Assembly (NCBI GenBank): GCA_016713435.1
Contig: JADJPD010000029.1
Span: forward strand, 4,708-68,707
DNA from: Gemmatimonadota bacterium
GTDB taxonomy: Bacteria; Gemmatimonadota; Gemmatimonadetes; Gemmatimonadales; GWC2-71-9
Reading direction: 5' to 3'
DNA: 64,000 nt
The position numbers and the translations under genes are program-made. Below, piece after piece: positions 18,694-27,226 of the stretch; the stretch's first letter is position 1; every line of letters begins with the position of its first letter. A model generated the notes under the pieces. The model saw only the letters and a list, made by a program, of their open reading frames with translations, was not told where the DNA came from and ran no database searches.

Positions 18694-20055
18694 TCACCCT
18701 TCGACGCGCGTCAAGGCCGCATCGAGCGCCTCCAGCGCGAAGTCCACGTCCGCGGCCGTGAGGCACATGGGGGGCTTGATGCGGAGGGTGTTGCCGTCGA
18801 GGCCGCCCTTGCCGATCAGGATGCCGAACTCGCGCAGGTGCTCCATGACGGCCAGCGCCTCTTCCTTGGCGGGCGCCTTGGTGCCGCGGTCCTTCACCAG
18901 CTCCACGCCGAGCATGAGGCCCTTGCCCCGGACGTCGCCGATCAGGCGGTGGCGGCGCTGCAGGTCCTCGAGGCCGGCCTTGAAGCGGCCGCCGACGGAC
19001 TTGGCCTTGCCCTGGATGCCCTCGTCGTCGATCACCTGCAGCGTGGCGAGGCCGGCCGCCATGCTGATGGGGTTGCCGCCGAAGGTGTTGAAGTGGATGC
19101 GCTGCGTCAGCTTCTCGGCGATCTCGCGCCGGGTGGTGACGGCCGCGAGCGGCGCCCCGTTGCCGATGCCCTTCGCCATGGTGACGATGTCCGGCACCAC
19201 GCCGTAGTTCTGGAAGCCCCAGTAGTGCTCGCCGGTGCGGCCGAAGCCGGTCTGCACCTCGTCGGCGATGCAGAGGCCGCCGGCGGCGCGGGCGTGGGCG
19301 TACGCCTCACGGAGATAGTTGGCCGCGCCCTGCGTGGCGCCGCCCACGCCCTGGATCGGTTCCGCCATGAACGCGGCGATGCCGCCCGGCGTCGAGTAGC
19401 GGATGATCTCCCGCACCTCGTTGGCGCTCTTGGTGGCGATCTCCTCCGGCGTCCCGCTGAAGGGGCTCCGGTACGGGTCGGGGCAGACCGCGTGATGGAA
19501 GCCGGAGTTGAGCTGCTGCGGGAACTTCCAGGTGTGGTGGCTGGTGGCCGCCATCATGGAGGAACTGCCGCCGTGATAGCTGTTCCGGACGGCGATCACG
19601 TCCTGGTTCCCGGTGTAGGCCCGGGCCAGCAGCACCGCGAGGTCGTTGGCCTCGCTCCCGGAGTTGACGAAATACGTGACGTCGAGGCCCGGCGGCATCT
19701 TGGACGCCAGCTTCTCGGCCAGCTTCGGGAAGTTGGGGTGCAGGTAGATGGTGGTGGTGTGCGCCAGCGTCTCGGCCTGCTCCTGGATGGCCTTGGTGAC
19801 CCGCGGGTGGCAGTGCCCCACGCTCACCGTGACGATGCCGGCGAAGAGGTCGAGGTAGCGCCGTCCCGTCTCGTCGAAGAGGTACTGCATGTGGCCCTCG
19901 ACGATCAGCAGCGGCTCCCGGTAGAGCGTGAAGATCGCGGGGTTGGTGTAGCGCTGCCGGAGGGCGAGGATCTCCGCCTTGGAGGGCCCGGTGTAGGGGC
20001 GGGGGCGGTGGTCGCTCGGGGGCATGGTCGGGATGCTCGGGGCGGTGGCGGTCAT
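18694..20055 (-). CDS. Class-III PLP aminotransferase (beta-alanine-pyruvate / AGXT2-like)
   Basis: FVNSGSEANDLA, ADEVQTGFGRTG and VPDIVTMAKGIGNG (PLP lysine) motifs are present. The full-length ORF is 453 aa. Confidence 0.8.
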   Translation of the reverse strand: MTATAPSIPTMPPSDHRPRPYTGPSKAEILALRQRYTNPAIFTLYREPLLIVEGHMQYLFDETGRRYLDLFAGIVTVSVGHCHPRVTKAIQEQAETLAHTTTIYLHPNFPKLAEKLASKMPPGLDVTYFVNSGSEANDLAVLLARAYTGNQDVIAVRNSYHGGSSSMMAATSHHTWKFPQQLNSGFHHAVCPDPYRSPFSGTPEEIATKSANEVREIIRYSTPGGIAAFMAEPIQGVGGATQGAANYLREAYAHARAAGGLCIADEVQTGFGRTGEHYWGFQNYGVVPDIVTMAKGIGNGAPLAAVTTRREIAEKLTQRIHFNTFGGNPISMAAGLATLQVIDDEGIQGKAKSVGGRFKAGLEDLQRRHRLIGDVRGKGLMLGVELVKDRGTKAPAKEEALAVMEHLREFGILIGKGGLDGNTLRIKPPMCLTAADVDFALEALDAALTRVEG

Positions 20056-20163
20056 GCGGGATTCCTCTGGTGCGGTGCTGCCGGGGGACCTCCAGGGATG
20101 GCCCCCACCTCGGTGCTGGCGAGATCCCCGCTCGCCTCGTGCTGCGGGCGCGACCCTAGCGCC

Positions 20164-21621
20164 TCACTTGCTCATCCAGTTGGTCCCGGCCTCCCGGTTC
20201 CACTTGGTGGTGATCTTCCGGCTCTGGGTCCAGAACTCGAGCGAGCCCTTCCCCGTGATGTCGCCCACGCCGAAGCGGGAGTCGTTCCAGCCGCCGAAGC
20301 CGAAGGGCTCGCGCGGCACCGGGACGCCCACGTTGACGCCCACCATGCCGGCGCTCGCCCGTTCCATGGCGCTCCGCGCCGCCCCGCCCGACTCCGTGAA
20401 GATGGACGCCGCGTTGCCGTAGGGCGAGGCATTCTCCACCGCAATGGCGCCATCCAGGTCCTTGGTCCGGACGATGGCCAGCACCGGGCCGAACACTTCC
20501 TCCTGGGCAATCTTCATCTCGGGACGGACGTGGTCCAGCACCGTGGCGCCCACGTACCAGCCGCCTTCCTTGCCGGGAACGGTGGCGCCGCGGCCGTCCA
20601 CGAGCAGCGTGGCGCCCTGCGCCACCGCCTCCGTGATGTAGCCCTCGATGCGCGCCTTGGCCGCGGCGGTGATGACGGGGCCCACGTCCTTGCCCGCCAC
20701 CATCCGCCGGGCCTGGTGGGCCAGCTTGTCCACGATGTGGTCGGTGGCGGAGACCGCCACCATCACCGAGGCCGCCATGCAGCGCTGGCCGGTGCAGCCC
20801 GACATCGCCGCGAGCACGCCGCCCGCGGCCATCTCCGGGTCGGCATCGGGCATGACGATGACGTGGTTCTTGGCGCCACCGAGGCAGAGGGCGCGCTTCA
20901 GGTTCCCCGTGGCGCGGCGATAGACGGCCTGCGCCACCCTGGTGGAGCCCACGAAGGTGATGGCGCGGATCCGCGGGTGGTCGCACAGCGCCTCGGCGAC
21001 CTCGCGGTCGCCCTGGACCACGTTGAAGACGCCGTCAGGGAGGCCGGCCTCCTTGAGCAGGGCGGCGATCCGGAGCGAGCTGTACGGCACCGTCTCCGAG
21101 GGCTTCATGATGAAGCAGTTGCCGAGCGCGATGGCGTTCGGGATGCTCCAGTGCGGCACCATCGAGGGGAAGTTGAACGGGTTGATGGCGGCCACGACGC
21201 CGAGTGGGACCCGCTCGAGGCGGCACTCGACGCCGCGGCTCACCTCCAGCACCTCGCCCCCCGCCAGCTGCGGCAGCGAGCAGGCAAACTCGGTCAGCTC
21301 GATGGCCTTGAGGATCTCGGCGTCCGCCTCGCCGGGGAGCTTGCCGTGCTCCTCGGTGATCAGGGCGGAGAGCTCGCGGAGGTGCTTCTCCAGCAGGGTC
21401 TTGTAGCGGAAGAAGACCTGCACCCGCTCCTTGATGGGCAGCGTGCTCCAGGCGGGGAAGGCGGCCTCCGCGGCCTGGATCGCACGGTCCACCGTGGCGG
21501 CGTCGCCGAGGGGGACGCGGCCCAGCCGTGAGCCATCGGCCGGGTTGTGCACGTCCATGAACCGGGGGCCGCCGGCGACCGGCTGGCCGCCGATGACGTG
21601 GGTGCAGTCGGGGTACTTCAC
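20164..21621 (-). CDS. mmsA: Methylmalonate-semialdehyde dehydrogenase (CoA-acylating), aldehyde dehydrogenase family
   Basis: FPSMVPHW, the catalytic Cys in GQRCMA, and the C-terminus KITTKWN typical of MmsA are present. GTG 21621 is preceded by GAGGAG. An alternative ATG lies at 21729. Confidence 0.8.
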   Translation of the reverse strand: MKYPDCTHVIGGQPVAGGPRFMDVHNPADGSRLGRVPLGDAATVDRAIQAAEAAFPAWSTLPIKERVQVFFRYKTLLEKHLRELSALITEEHGKLPGEADAEILKAIELTEFACSLPQLAGGEVLEVSRGVECRLERVPLGVVAAINPFNFPSMVPHWSIPNAIALGNCFIMKPSETVPYSSLRIAALLKEAGLPDGVFNVVQGDREVAEALCDHPRIRAITFVGSTRVAQAVYRRATGNLKRALCLGGAKNHVIVMPDADPEMAAGGVLAAMSGCTGQRCMAASVMVAVSATDHIVDKLAHQARRMVAGKDVGPVITAAAKARIEGYITEAVAQGATLLVDGRGATVPGKEGGWYVGATVLDHVRPEMKIAQEEVFGPVLAIVRTKDLDGAIAVENASPYGNAASIFTESGGAARSAMERASAGMVGVNVGVPVPREPFGFGGWNDSRFGVGDITGKGSLEFWTQSRKITTKWNREAGTNWMSK

Positions 21622-21829
21622 GGGGGGCTCCTCAGGAGCGCGGGATGAGGCAGGGGAGTCTGGCGCGTCCCGGGGATCATTGTCAATGTTGTGGGCAGGT
21701 TCCTGATTACTATTGTAGGCGGGACCCATGGACCAACGCCCGGTGCCGAGTGGCGCGGGCCTTGCCCTTTCGGGACCAAGCCGGCGGCCATCTGGTCCGC
21801 CCCCACACACCTAAGTACAGGCTGGATCT
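21622..21829. promoter_or_regulatory. Divergent intergenic region with locally lowered G+C (probable promoters for mmsA and the Ig-like/M8 lipoprotein gene)
   Basis: This AT-enriched stretch, ..TCATTGTCAATGTTGTGGGCAGGTTCCTGATTACTATTGTAGG.., sits between divergent starts. I could not define confident -35/-10 boxes. Confidence 0.3.
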
Positions 21830-23461
21830 ATGATTAGGATGTCGGAACCGTCCCGGTCCCGCGGTACCGTCCTGCGTGCATCCCTGCACCGGTCATGGCA
21901 ATTTCCGATGCTGCTCCTGGCGGCGGCCGCCATCGTGGCCGGCTGCGGCGGTGGCGGTTCGGACCCGAGCGGCCAGCAGGCGCTCGACCTCCTGACCCAG
22001 CCCCCGGCCACCGCCCAGACGCGCGCGGCGCTGGCGCCGGCACCGGTGGTCCAGCTCTTCGATGCAGATGGCAACGCGCTGGCCCAGGCCGGGGTCACCG
22101 TCACCGCCACCCTGCAGTCCGGCAGCGGCTCGCTGATGGGCACCACCACGGCGCAGACCAACGCGCAGGGGCAGGCCACCTTCAGCAACCTGAGCATCGC
22201 CGGCACCACCGGCACCAAGACGCTGCGCTTCAGCGCCACGGGCTTTGCCGGGATCAACTCCAGCAACATCACGCTCACGGCGGGCGCCGCGGCGCAACTC
22301 GTGGCCAACAGCACCCTGTCGCAGACCGCGCTGCTCAACTCGGCGGTGGGCACCAAGCCGTCGGTGAAGGTGGCGGACCTCGACGGCAACGGCGTGGGCG
22401 GCGTGTCCGTCACCTTCGCGGTGACGGCGGGCGGTGGCTCGGCCACGGGCACCGCCGCCACGAGCGACGGCAACGGCATCGCCACGGTGGGCAGCTGGAC
22501 GGTGGGTGGCGCCCTCGGCACCAACACCATGACGGCCACCTCGGCGGGCCTGACCGGTAGCCCGATCAGCTTCACGGCCACGGGCGCCAACACCATCTCC
22601 AACTTCACCATCACCCTGGTGTACCTCACCAGCGCCACGGTGGCGCAGCAGGCCGCCTTCGACGCCGCCAAGGCGCGCTGGGAGCAGATCATCACCGGTG
22701 ACCTGGCCGACTTCACCATCCCGGTGGCGTTCAACACCACCGATTGCGGTGCCGGCGTGTCGCAGGCCATCAGCGGCACCGTGGACGACGTCCGCATCTA
22801 CGTGGAGCTGAGCGCCATCGACGGCGTTGGCAACGTCCTGGGTGCCGCCGGTCCCTGCGACCTCCGGCCGAGCGGCAGCAAGCTGCCGTACGTCGGCATC
22901 ATGAACTTCGACACCGCCGACCTGGTGCAGCTGCAGACCGACGGTGAGCTCAATGACGTGATCCTCCACGAGATGGGCCATGTGCTGGGCTACGGCACGC
23001 TGTGGGAGGCCATCCCCGGCTTCTGGTCGCTGACCTGGCTGTCCGGCGGCTGCCCGGCCAACAGCCCGATCTTCAACGGTCCCGCCGCCCTCGCCGCCTA
23101 CAAGACCAACGGCGCGCCGAGCGCCACCTCCGTCCCGGTCGAGGACAGCGGCACCTGCAGCGGCCCCGACGGCGACGGCACCCGGGACTCGCACTGGGAG
23201 GAGAGCGTCTTCAAGAGCGAGCTCATGACCGGCTTCATCAGCGGCACCGTGCGTCCGCTCAGCGCCACCACAATCCGCTCGCTGGAGGACCTCGGCTACA
23301 CGGTGGATGCCACCAAGGGTGATGCGTTCGACATCACGACCCAGCCCACGCTGGTCCGCCCGGGAGCGGCGCCCAAGGCCCTCACGCGCGACGTGATCCG
23401 CCTGCCGCGCTGGACCGTGGACCCGACCGGGCACCGGCGGTCGCAGTACTCGACGCCCTGA
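21830..23461 (+). CDS. Lipoprotein with two bacterial Ig-like modules fused to a leishmanolysin-like (M8) zinc metalloprotease domain
   Basis: The lipobox is LLLAAAAIVAGC. Ig-like modules are present (VVQLFDADGNALAQAGVTVTATL.., VSVTFAVTAGGGSATG). The HExxH motif is ILHEMGHVLGYG, with downstream DSHWEESVFKSELMTG resembling the GP63 SH..DELM block. Confidence 0.7.
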   Translation: MIRMSEPSRSRGTVLRASLHRSWQFPMLLLAAAAIVAGCGGGGSDPSGQQALDLLTQPPATAQTRAALAPAPVVQLFDADGNALAQAGVTVTATLQSGSGSLMGTTTAQTNAQGQATFSNLSIAGTTGTKTLRFSATGFAGINSSNITLTAGAAAQLVANSTLSQTALLNSAVGTKPSVKVADLDGNGVGGVSVTFAVTAGGGSATGTAATSDGNGIATVGSWTVGGALGTNTMTATSAGLTGSPISFTATGANTISNFTITLVYLTSATVAQQAAFDAAKARWEQIITGDLADFTIPVAFNTTDCGAGVSQAISGTVDDVRIYVELSAIDGVGNVLGAAGPCDLRPSGSKLPYVGIMNFDTADLVQLQTDGELNDVILHEMGHVLGYGTLWEAIPGFWSLTWLSGGCPANSPIFNGPAALAAYKTNGAPSATSVPVEDSGTCSGPDGDGTRDSHWEESVFKSELMTGFISGTVRPLSATTIRSLEDLGYTVDATKGDAFDITTQPTLVRPGAAPKALTRDVIRLPRWTVDPTGHRRSQYSTP

Positions 23462-23481
23462 TCGATCCACCTGAGAACGGC

Positions 23482-23515
23482 CCGCGGGCGGGGAGCCAAG
23501 GCTCCCCGCCCGCGG
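23482..23515 (+). terminator. Strong hairpin downstream of the M8 lipoprotein gene
   Basis: CCGCGGGCGGGGAGCC-AA-GGCTCCCCGCCCGCGG forms a 16-bp perfect stem. It is followed by TGCATTTGG. Confidence 0.6.
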
Positions 23516-23677
23516 TGCATTTGGGGACCTGCGTCACACGCAGCACCTCACCCGCCGGCCGTTCCTGCCCGCCTCACGGAAGCCCCGTAGCTCCCGTCAC
23601 GGACGAACCCGATCGTTTCGCTACAGTTTGTTCTGTCGTTGGACTCCCGCTGATCCCAGTGACCCCCTGGAGGTTCC

Positions 23678-24250
23678 GTGCGCGGTGCACTTCGCGCGGC
23701 GCTCGCCGCGTGCCTGCTCATGATGATGCCCGGCCTGCTGCCGGCCCAGGCCAGCGCCCGGCGCGGCGTCTGGCTCGGGCTCGGCCTCGGGCACGGGTCG
23801 GCCCAGCTCACCTGTGCCATCTGTGCCGGCGGCCGGGATGGCGGCCTGTCCGGCTTCGTGCGCTGCGGCGTGGCCCTCTCGCCGCGCCTGCTGATCGGTG
23901 CCGAGGTGCTGGGCTGGCGCCGCCACGAGGGCGGTGGTGATTACACGCTGACCTCGGCCCAGGGCCTCCTGGTGCTCTATCCCTGGCGCACCCGGGCCCT
24001 GCACTTCTCCACCGGGGCCGGCCTGGCGCGCTACACCGCGCAGGACACCGACAACGAGATCAGCACCCAGGCCTTCGCCATGCAGGTCGGCGCGGGCTGG
24101 GACGTGCCGGTGCGCCGGGGGATCTCGGTGACGCCGTTCGTCAACTTCGTGGCCACCACCGGCGCCGACGTGAAGGTGAACTCCACCGCGTCGAGCCTCT
24201 CCGCCAACTCGAGCCTCATCCAGTTCGGCCTCGGCGTCACGCTGCACTGA
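23678..24250 (+). CDS. Small outer-membrane beta-barrel protein (OmpA-beta/porin-family-like)
   Basis: It has a signal peptide ..LLPAQA, alternating-hydrophobic strands and the terminal strand FGLGVTLH. It resembles 60241..60894 (ends GIGVGITLH). Confidence 0.65.
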   Translation: MRGALRAALAACLLMMMPGLLPAQASARRGVWLGLGLGHGSAQLTCAICAGGRDGGLSGFVRCGVALSPRLLIGAEVLGWRRHEGGGDYTLTSAQGLLVLYPWRTRALHFSTGAGLARYTAQDTDNEISTQAFAMQVGAGWDVPVRRGISVTPFVNFVATTGADVKVNSTASSLSANSSLIQFGLGVTLH

Positions 24251-24273
24251 CGCCCGCCCACCGGAGGATTTCC

Positions 24274-25521
24274 ATGCGACCCTCGCCGTTCCTGCGCCAG
24301 TCCCTGACGGCGCTCCTGACCCTCGCCGCCGCCTGCGACTCCGGCTTCAGCCGCCTGAGCCCGCCCGAGGAGACGGGGCCGAGCGTGGCCTACGGCCTCT
24401 GGAGTCCCGGCCTCAACGACACCTGCACCAAGGCCGTCCACGACGCCTACTCGGTGGTGGGCCCCGACGGGAAGCGCTATCCCACCTGGCATCCCGCGGT
24501 GGACCCGTCGGGCTGCACCTTCGGGCACGAGCACGGGCGGGACCCGCGCGGCTCACGCCTCTACGCCGAGGTGGGGCCGATCCCCTTCGGGCTGGCCAAC
24601 GAGGCGCTGGAGACGTGGGACCCGCAGAACCCGCGGCGCGAGGATCACTTTGGCCACAAGCTGGACTGGGAGAACGACGTGGAGATGGTGCGGGAGGACG
24701 GCGTCACCGGCGCCATCTTCACCGTGAAGTGCGACGTCCTCGCCAAGCTGCACCAGGGCACGCACTCGAAGGATGCCTTCACCAACAACCTGCACGAGCT
24801 GGTGTATCACATCCGCTGCAGCGACCGCACCGAGCTGCACGTGACCATGATGACGGCCATCGGCGAGGCCGGCGGCTTCACGCGCACCTGCGACGGCACC
24901 CACGTGGACGTGGGCACGCCGGTGCCGGCCAACTCCCCCGACGGGGGCGGCCAGCGCCGGGTGCCGGACAAGCTGTGCGTGGACCAGTTCCTCCGCGCCG
25001 CCGCCAACGGCGAGCGCGCCGACTACGGCCGCGCCCTGCACGAGAGCTGGGAAACGTCCAACGTGATCCGCACCGCGAGCGGGCGCACGCTGGCGCACTT
25101 CAACCCGTACTTCCAGGTCTTCTCGCCGAGCCGCTACTACGACCCGGCGGCGCCGAACCTGGTGGGCCGCCCCATCGCCGTGTGCGACAGCCTCGACCCC
25201 TCGCGCAATCGCCAGAACGACCTCTGCGACCTCTCCACAGCCGACGGCACGCTCACGGGCCTGGCGTTCGACGACGCGCGCTCGCGCTTCAACGGGGTGC
25301 GGCGGTTCATCGACGTCAACGAGAACGACATCGACAACGCCGACGGGCCGCGGGTCTGGTACACCGACCCCTTCGGCCGCAACGCGGCGCGCGACCCGTT
25401 CCCGGGCTCGGTGCGGCAGTGGATCGCGCCGGTGCACAACGAGTACGGGTTCCGGATCAACGGGCCGGTGATCGGCTCCGAGCGCAACTACGGCCACCCG
25501 ACGGTCCACGCACCCAACTAG
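24274..25521 (+). CDS. Conserved hypothetical lipoprotein, His-rich (HEHGRDP, HFGHKLDWE, HQGTHSKD)
   Basis: The lipobox is LLTLAAAC. A 415-aa ORF lies 23 nt after the OM barrel gene. The family is not recognised. Confidence 0.55.
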   Translation: MRPSPFLRQSLTALLTLAAACDSGFSRLSPPEETGPSVAYGLWSPGLNDTCTKAVHDAYSVVGPDGKRYPTWHPAVDPSGCTFGHEHGRDPRGSRLYAEVGPIPFGLANEALETWDPQNPRREDHFGHKLDWENDVEMVREDGVTGAIFTVKCDVLAKLHQGTHSKDAFTNNLHELVYHIRCSDRTELHVTMMTAIGEAGGFTRTCDGTHVDVGTPVPANSPDGGGQRRVPDKLCVDQFLRAAANGERADYGRALHESWETSNVIRTASGRTLAHFNPYFQVFSPSRYYDPAAPNLVGRPIAVCDSLDPSRNRQNDLCDLSTADGTLTGLAFDDARSRFNGVRRFIDVNENDIDNADGPRVWYTDPFGRNAARDPFPGSVRQWIAPVHNEYGFRINGPVIGSERNYGHPTVHAPN

Positions 25522-25543
25522 GGCTTCGGCGGGGTGTGCGAGG

Positions 25544-25766
25544 TTCACCGCAGAGGCGCGGAGCCGCAGAGGGCCGCAGAGGACCTGCGCTCGGAGAGGG
25601 GAGAAATTCTCAGGGTGAGTGCAGTGAATCAGAGGTGGCTGGGGCGGGGGGGGGGGGGGGGGGCCGGAGGGGCCCCCCCCCCACCCCAGCGGGGTACCTA
25701 GGGTGAGCCCACCATCCCCGAGCAGGTCCTCTGCGGCCCTCCGCGTCTCCGCGCCTCTGCGGTGAA
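25544..25766 (+). mobile_element. MITE/REPIN-like element copy 3, whose centre is replaced by a G18...C10 tract
   Basis: The arms TTCACCGCAGAGGCGCGGAGCCGCAGAGGGCCGCAGAGGACCTGCGCTCGGAG and ..CCTCTGCGGTGAA are present, as are the internal GAGTGCAGTGAAT and GGTGAGCCCACCATCC blocks. There is a G/C-only stretch at 25641-25690. Confidence 0.7.
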
Positions 25767-25786
25767 CCACGCGCCGATCCCGCTCG

Positions 25787-26728
25787 CTAGAACCGCCGCA
25801 GCGGCACGTCCCCGTTGGAGGTCTCGCCGATGTAGAGGATGACGTCCCGTGCCTGGTAGCCGGGGGCGGTGACGCGGACGGCCTGGGTGCGGCAGCGGTC
25901 CACGAGCTTCCGGTCGAAGACCAGCTTGTACTCGCCCTGGGCGTTGGTGAAGGTGCCGTAGGGCGTGCCGAGGATCTGGAGCCGGGCGCCGGGGAGCGGG
26001 CGGCCGTTGTCCTCGCGGTAGATGCGGCCGAGCACCTGCGCCATGCCGCGGGGCACGGAGGTGTCGGTCGAGTCCTCCGGCGGAAGGGAGCAGCCGCGGG
26101 AGTCCTGCGGCTGCTCCGTTTCCCAGGGGCGCGAGTCGCGGGTGCCGGCCGTGGGACCGAGGCGGGTCGAGGGCCGGCCGAAGAGGCGCTGGGCCTCGTT
26201 GACCAGCGCGGGGTCGGCCGCGGCGGTGCCGGGGGCCGGGGTGGTGGCGGTGCTGGGCGCCCCGGGTGTAGCGGACTCATCGGGCGCGTCGTTGGGGTCG
26301 GGGCTGGTGGCCTCGGTGCGCGCCGCGTCGGGCGGGGCGTTGGGGTTCTCTTCCGGCGTGGGCGTCACGCGCGCGGTGGAGCCGGGATCCTGGTCGGGCC
26401 CGGGCGTGAGCGGGGCCGTGACCTCCGGCGGCGGCGGCGCGGGCTGCGCCGGCTCCGGTGCGCGCGGGGTCGGCGTGGGCTTGGGCGGGGCGAAGTCGAG
26501 GGTGATCGGCCGCTCGGTCACCGGGGTGTTCCCGAGCCCGGTGCGGTCCGCGATCTGCTGGCCCACCGGCTTGAGCACCAGCAGGATGACGGCCACGTGC
26601 AGCACGATGCTGGTGACGCTGCCGAGGCTCCAGCGGCCGCGCGCGGGTTCGGCCGGCGGGAGGGTGGAAAAGGCAGCGCCCGGCGCCGTTCGCACCGGGC
26701 CGGGCGTGCCGCCATCCGGACCTGCCAC
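25787..26728 (-). CDS. Membrane-anchored Pro-rich protein (TonB-like architecture) with a C-terminal carboxypeptidase-regulatory-like beta-sandwich
   Basis: The TM anchor is SIVLHVAVILLVLKP. A long P/T/A-rich linker (PKPTPTPRAPEPAQPAPPPPE..) follows. The C-terminus GRIYREDNGRPLPGARLQILGTPYGTFTNAQGEYKL is CarboxypepD_reg-like. GTG 26728 is a tentative start. The rest of the 1060-aa ORF is antisense to the HEAT gene. Confidence 0.55.
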   Translation of the reverse strand: MAGPDGGTPGPVRTAPGAAFSTLPPAEPARGRWSLGSVTSIVLHVAVILLVLKPVGQQIADRTGLGNTPVTERPITLDFAPPKPTPTPRAPEPAQPAPPPPEVTAPLTPGPDQDPGSTARVTPTPEENPNAPPDAARTEATSPDPNDAPDESATPGAPSTATTPAPGTAAADPALVNEAQRLFGRPSTRLGPTAGTRDSRPWETEQPQDSRGCSLPPEDSTDTSVPRGMAQVLGRIYREDNGRPLPGARLQILGTPYGTFTNAQGEYKLVFDRKLVDRCRTQAVRVTAPGYQARDVILYIGETSNGDVPLRRF

Positions 26729-26745
26729 TGGCTCGGGCTCCCCGC

Positions 26746-27144
26746 TCAGTAGGTGGTGTCCCAGTCCACCTTCGCTGCCCGGCGGCAGCGCACGCACATG
26801 AGCGTCTCGGGGCGCCCGTCGAACTCCTGGCGGGCGGTGCAGTCGGGACAGACGGCGTAGGTGGTGACCAGGCGAGGGCCGACGAGCGTGGGCCGCATGA
26901 CCCCGGTGCGCACCACGATGCTCCAGGCGTCCGGGCGCTCGGTCCGGTAGCGGACCTCGGACGCGCGGACCCGCACCTGCTCGGTGTCCACCTGCAGCAG
27001 GAGGGTGCCATCCGGGGCTTCCTCGATCACCGGATACCAGGCCCCGCGGCGGAGCAGGTCGGCGGTCGCGGCCGTGCCGGCGGCCCACCCGCGATAGATG
27101 CGGGCTTCCCCGGAACGGCGGCTTGGCGGAGGGGGGGCGGTCAT
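26746..27144 (-). CDS. Small hypothetical protein with a C-terminal zinc-ribbon (CPDC..CVRC)
   Basis: It starts at ATG 27144 (MTAPPPPSRR..) and contains ..YAVCPDCTARQEFDGRPETLMCVRCRRAAKV. It lies 17 nt upstream of the TonB-like gene. Confidence 0.5.
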   Translation of the reverse strand: MTAPPPPSRRSGEARIYRGWAAGTAATADLLRRGAWYPVIEEAPDGTLLLQVDTEQVRVRASEVRYRTERPDAWSIVVRTGVMRPTLVGPRLVTTYAVCPDCTARQEFDGRPETLMCVRCRRAAKVDWDTTY

Positions 27145-27226
27145 GCCCAAATGATACCCCGAACGCGCCCCTGACGCACCACCCCGCCTCGCGTAACGGT
27201 GCTCCCGAGGTAAATTCCCTCCCTTC

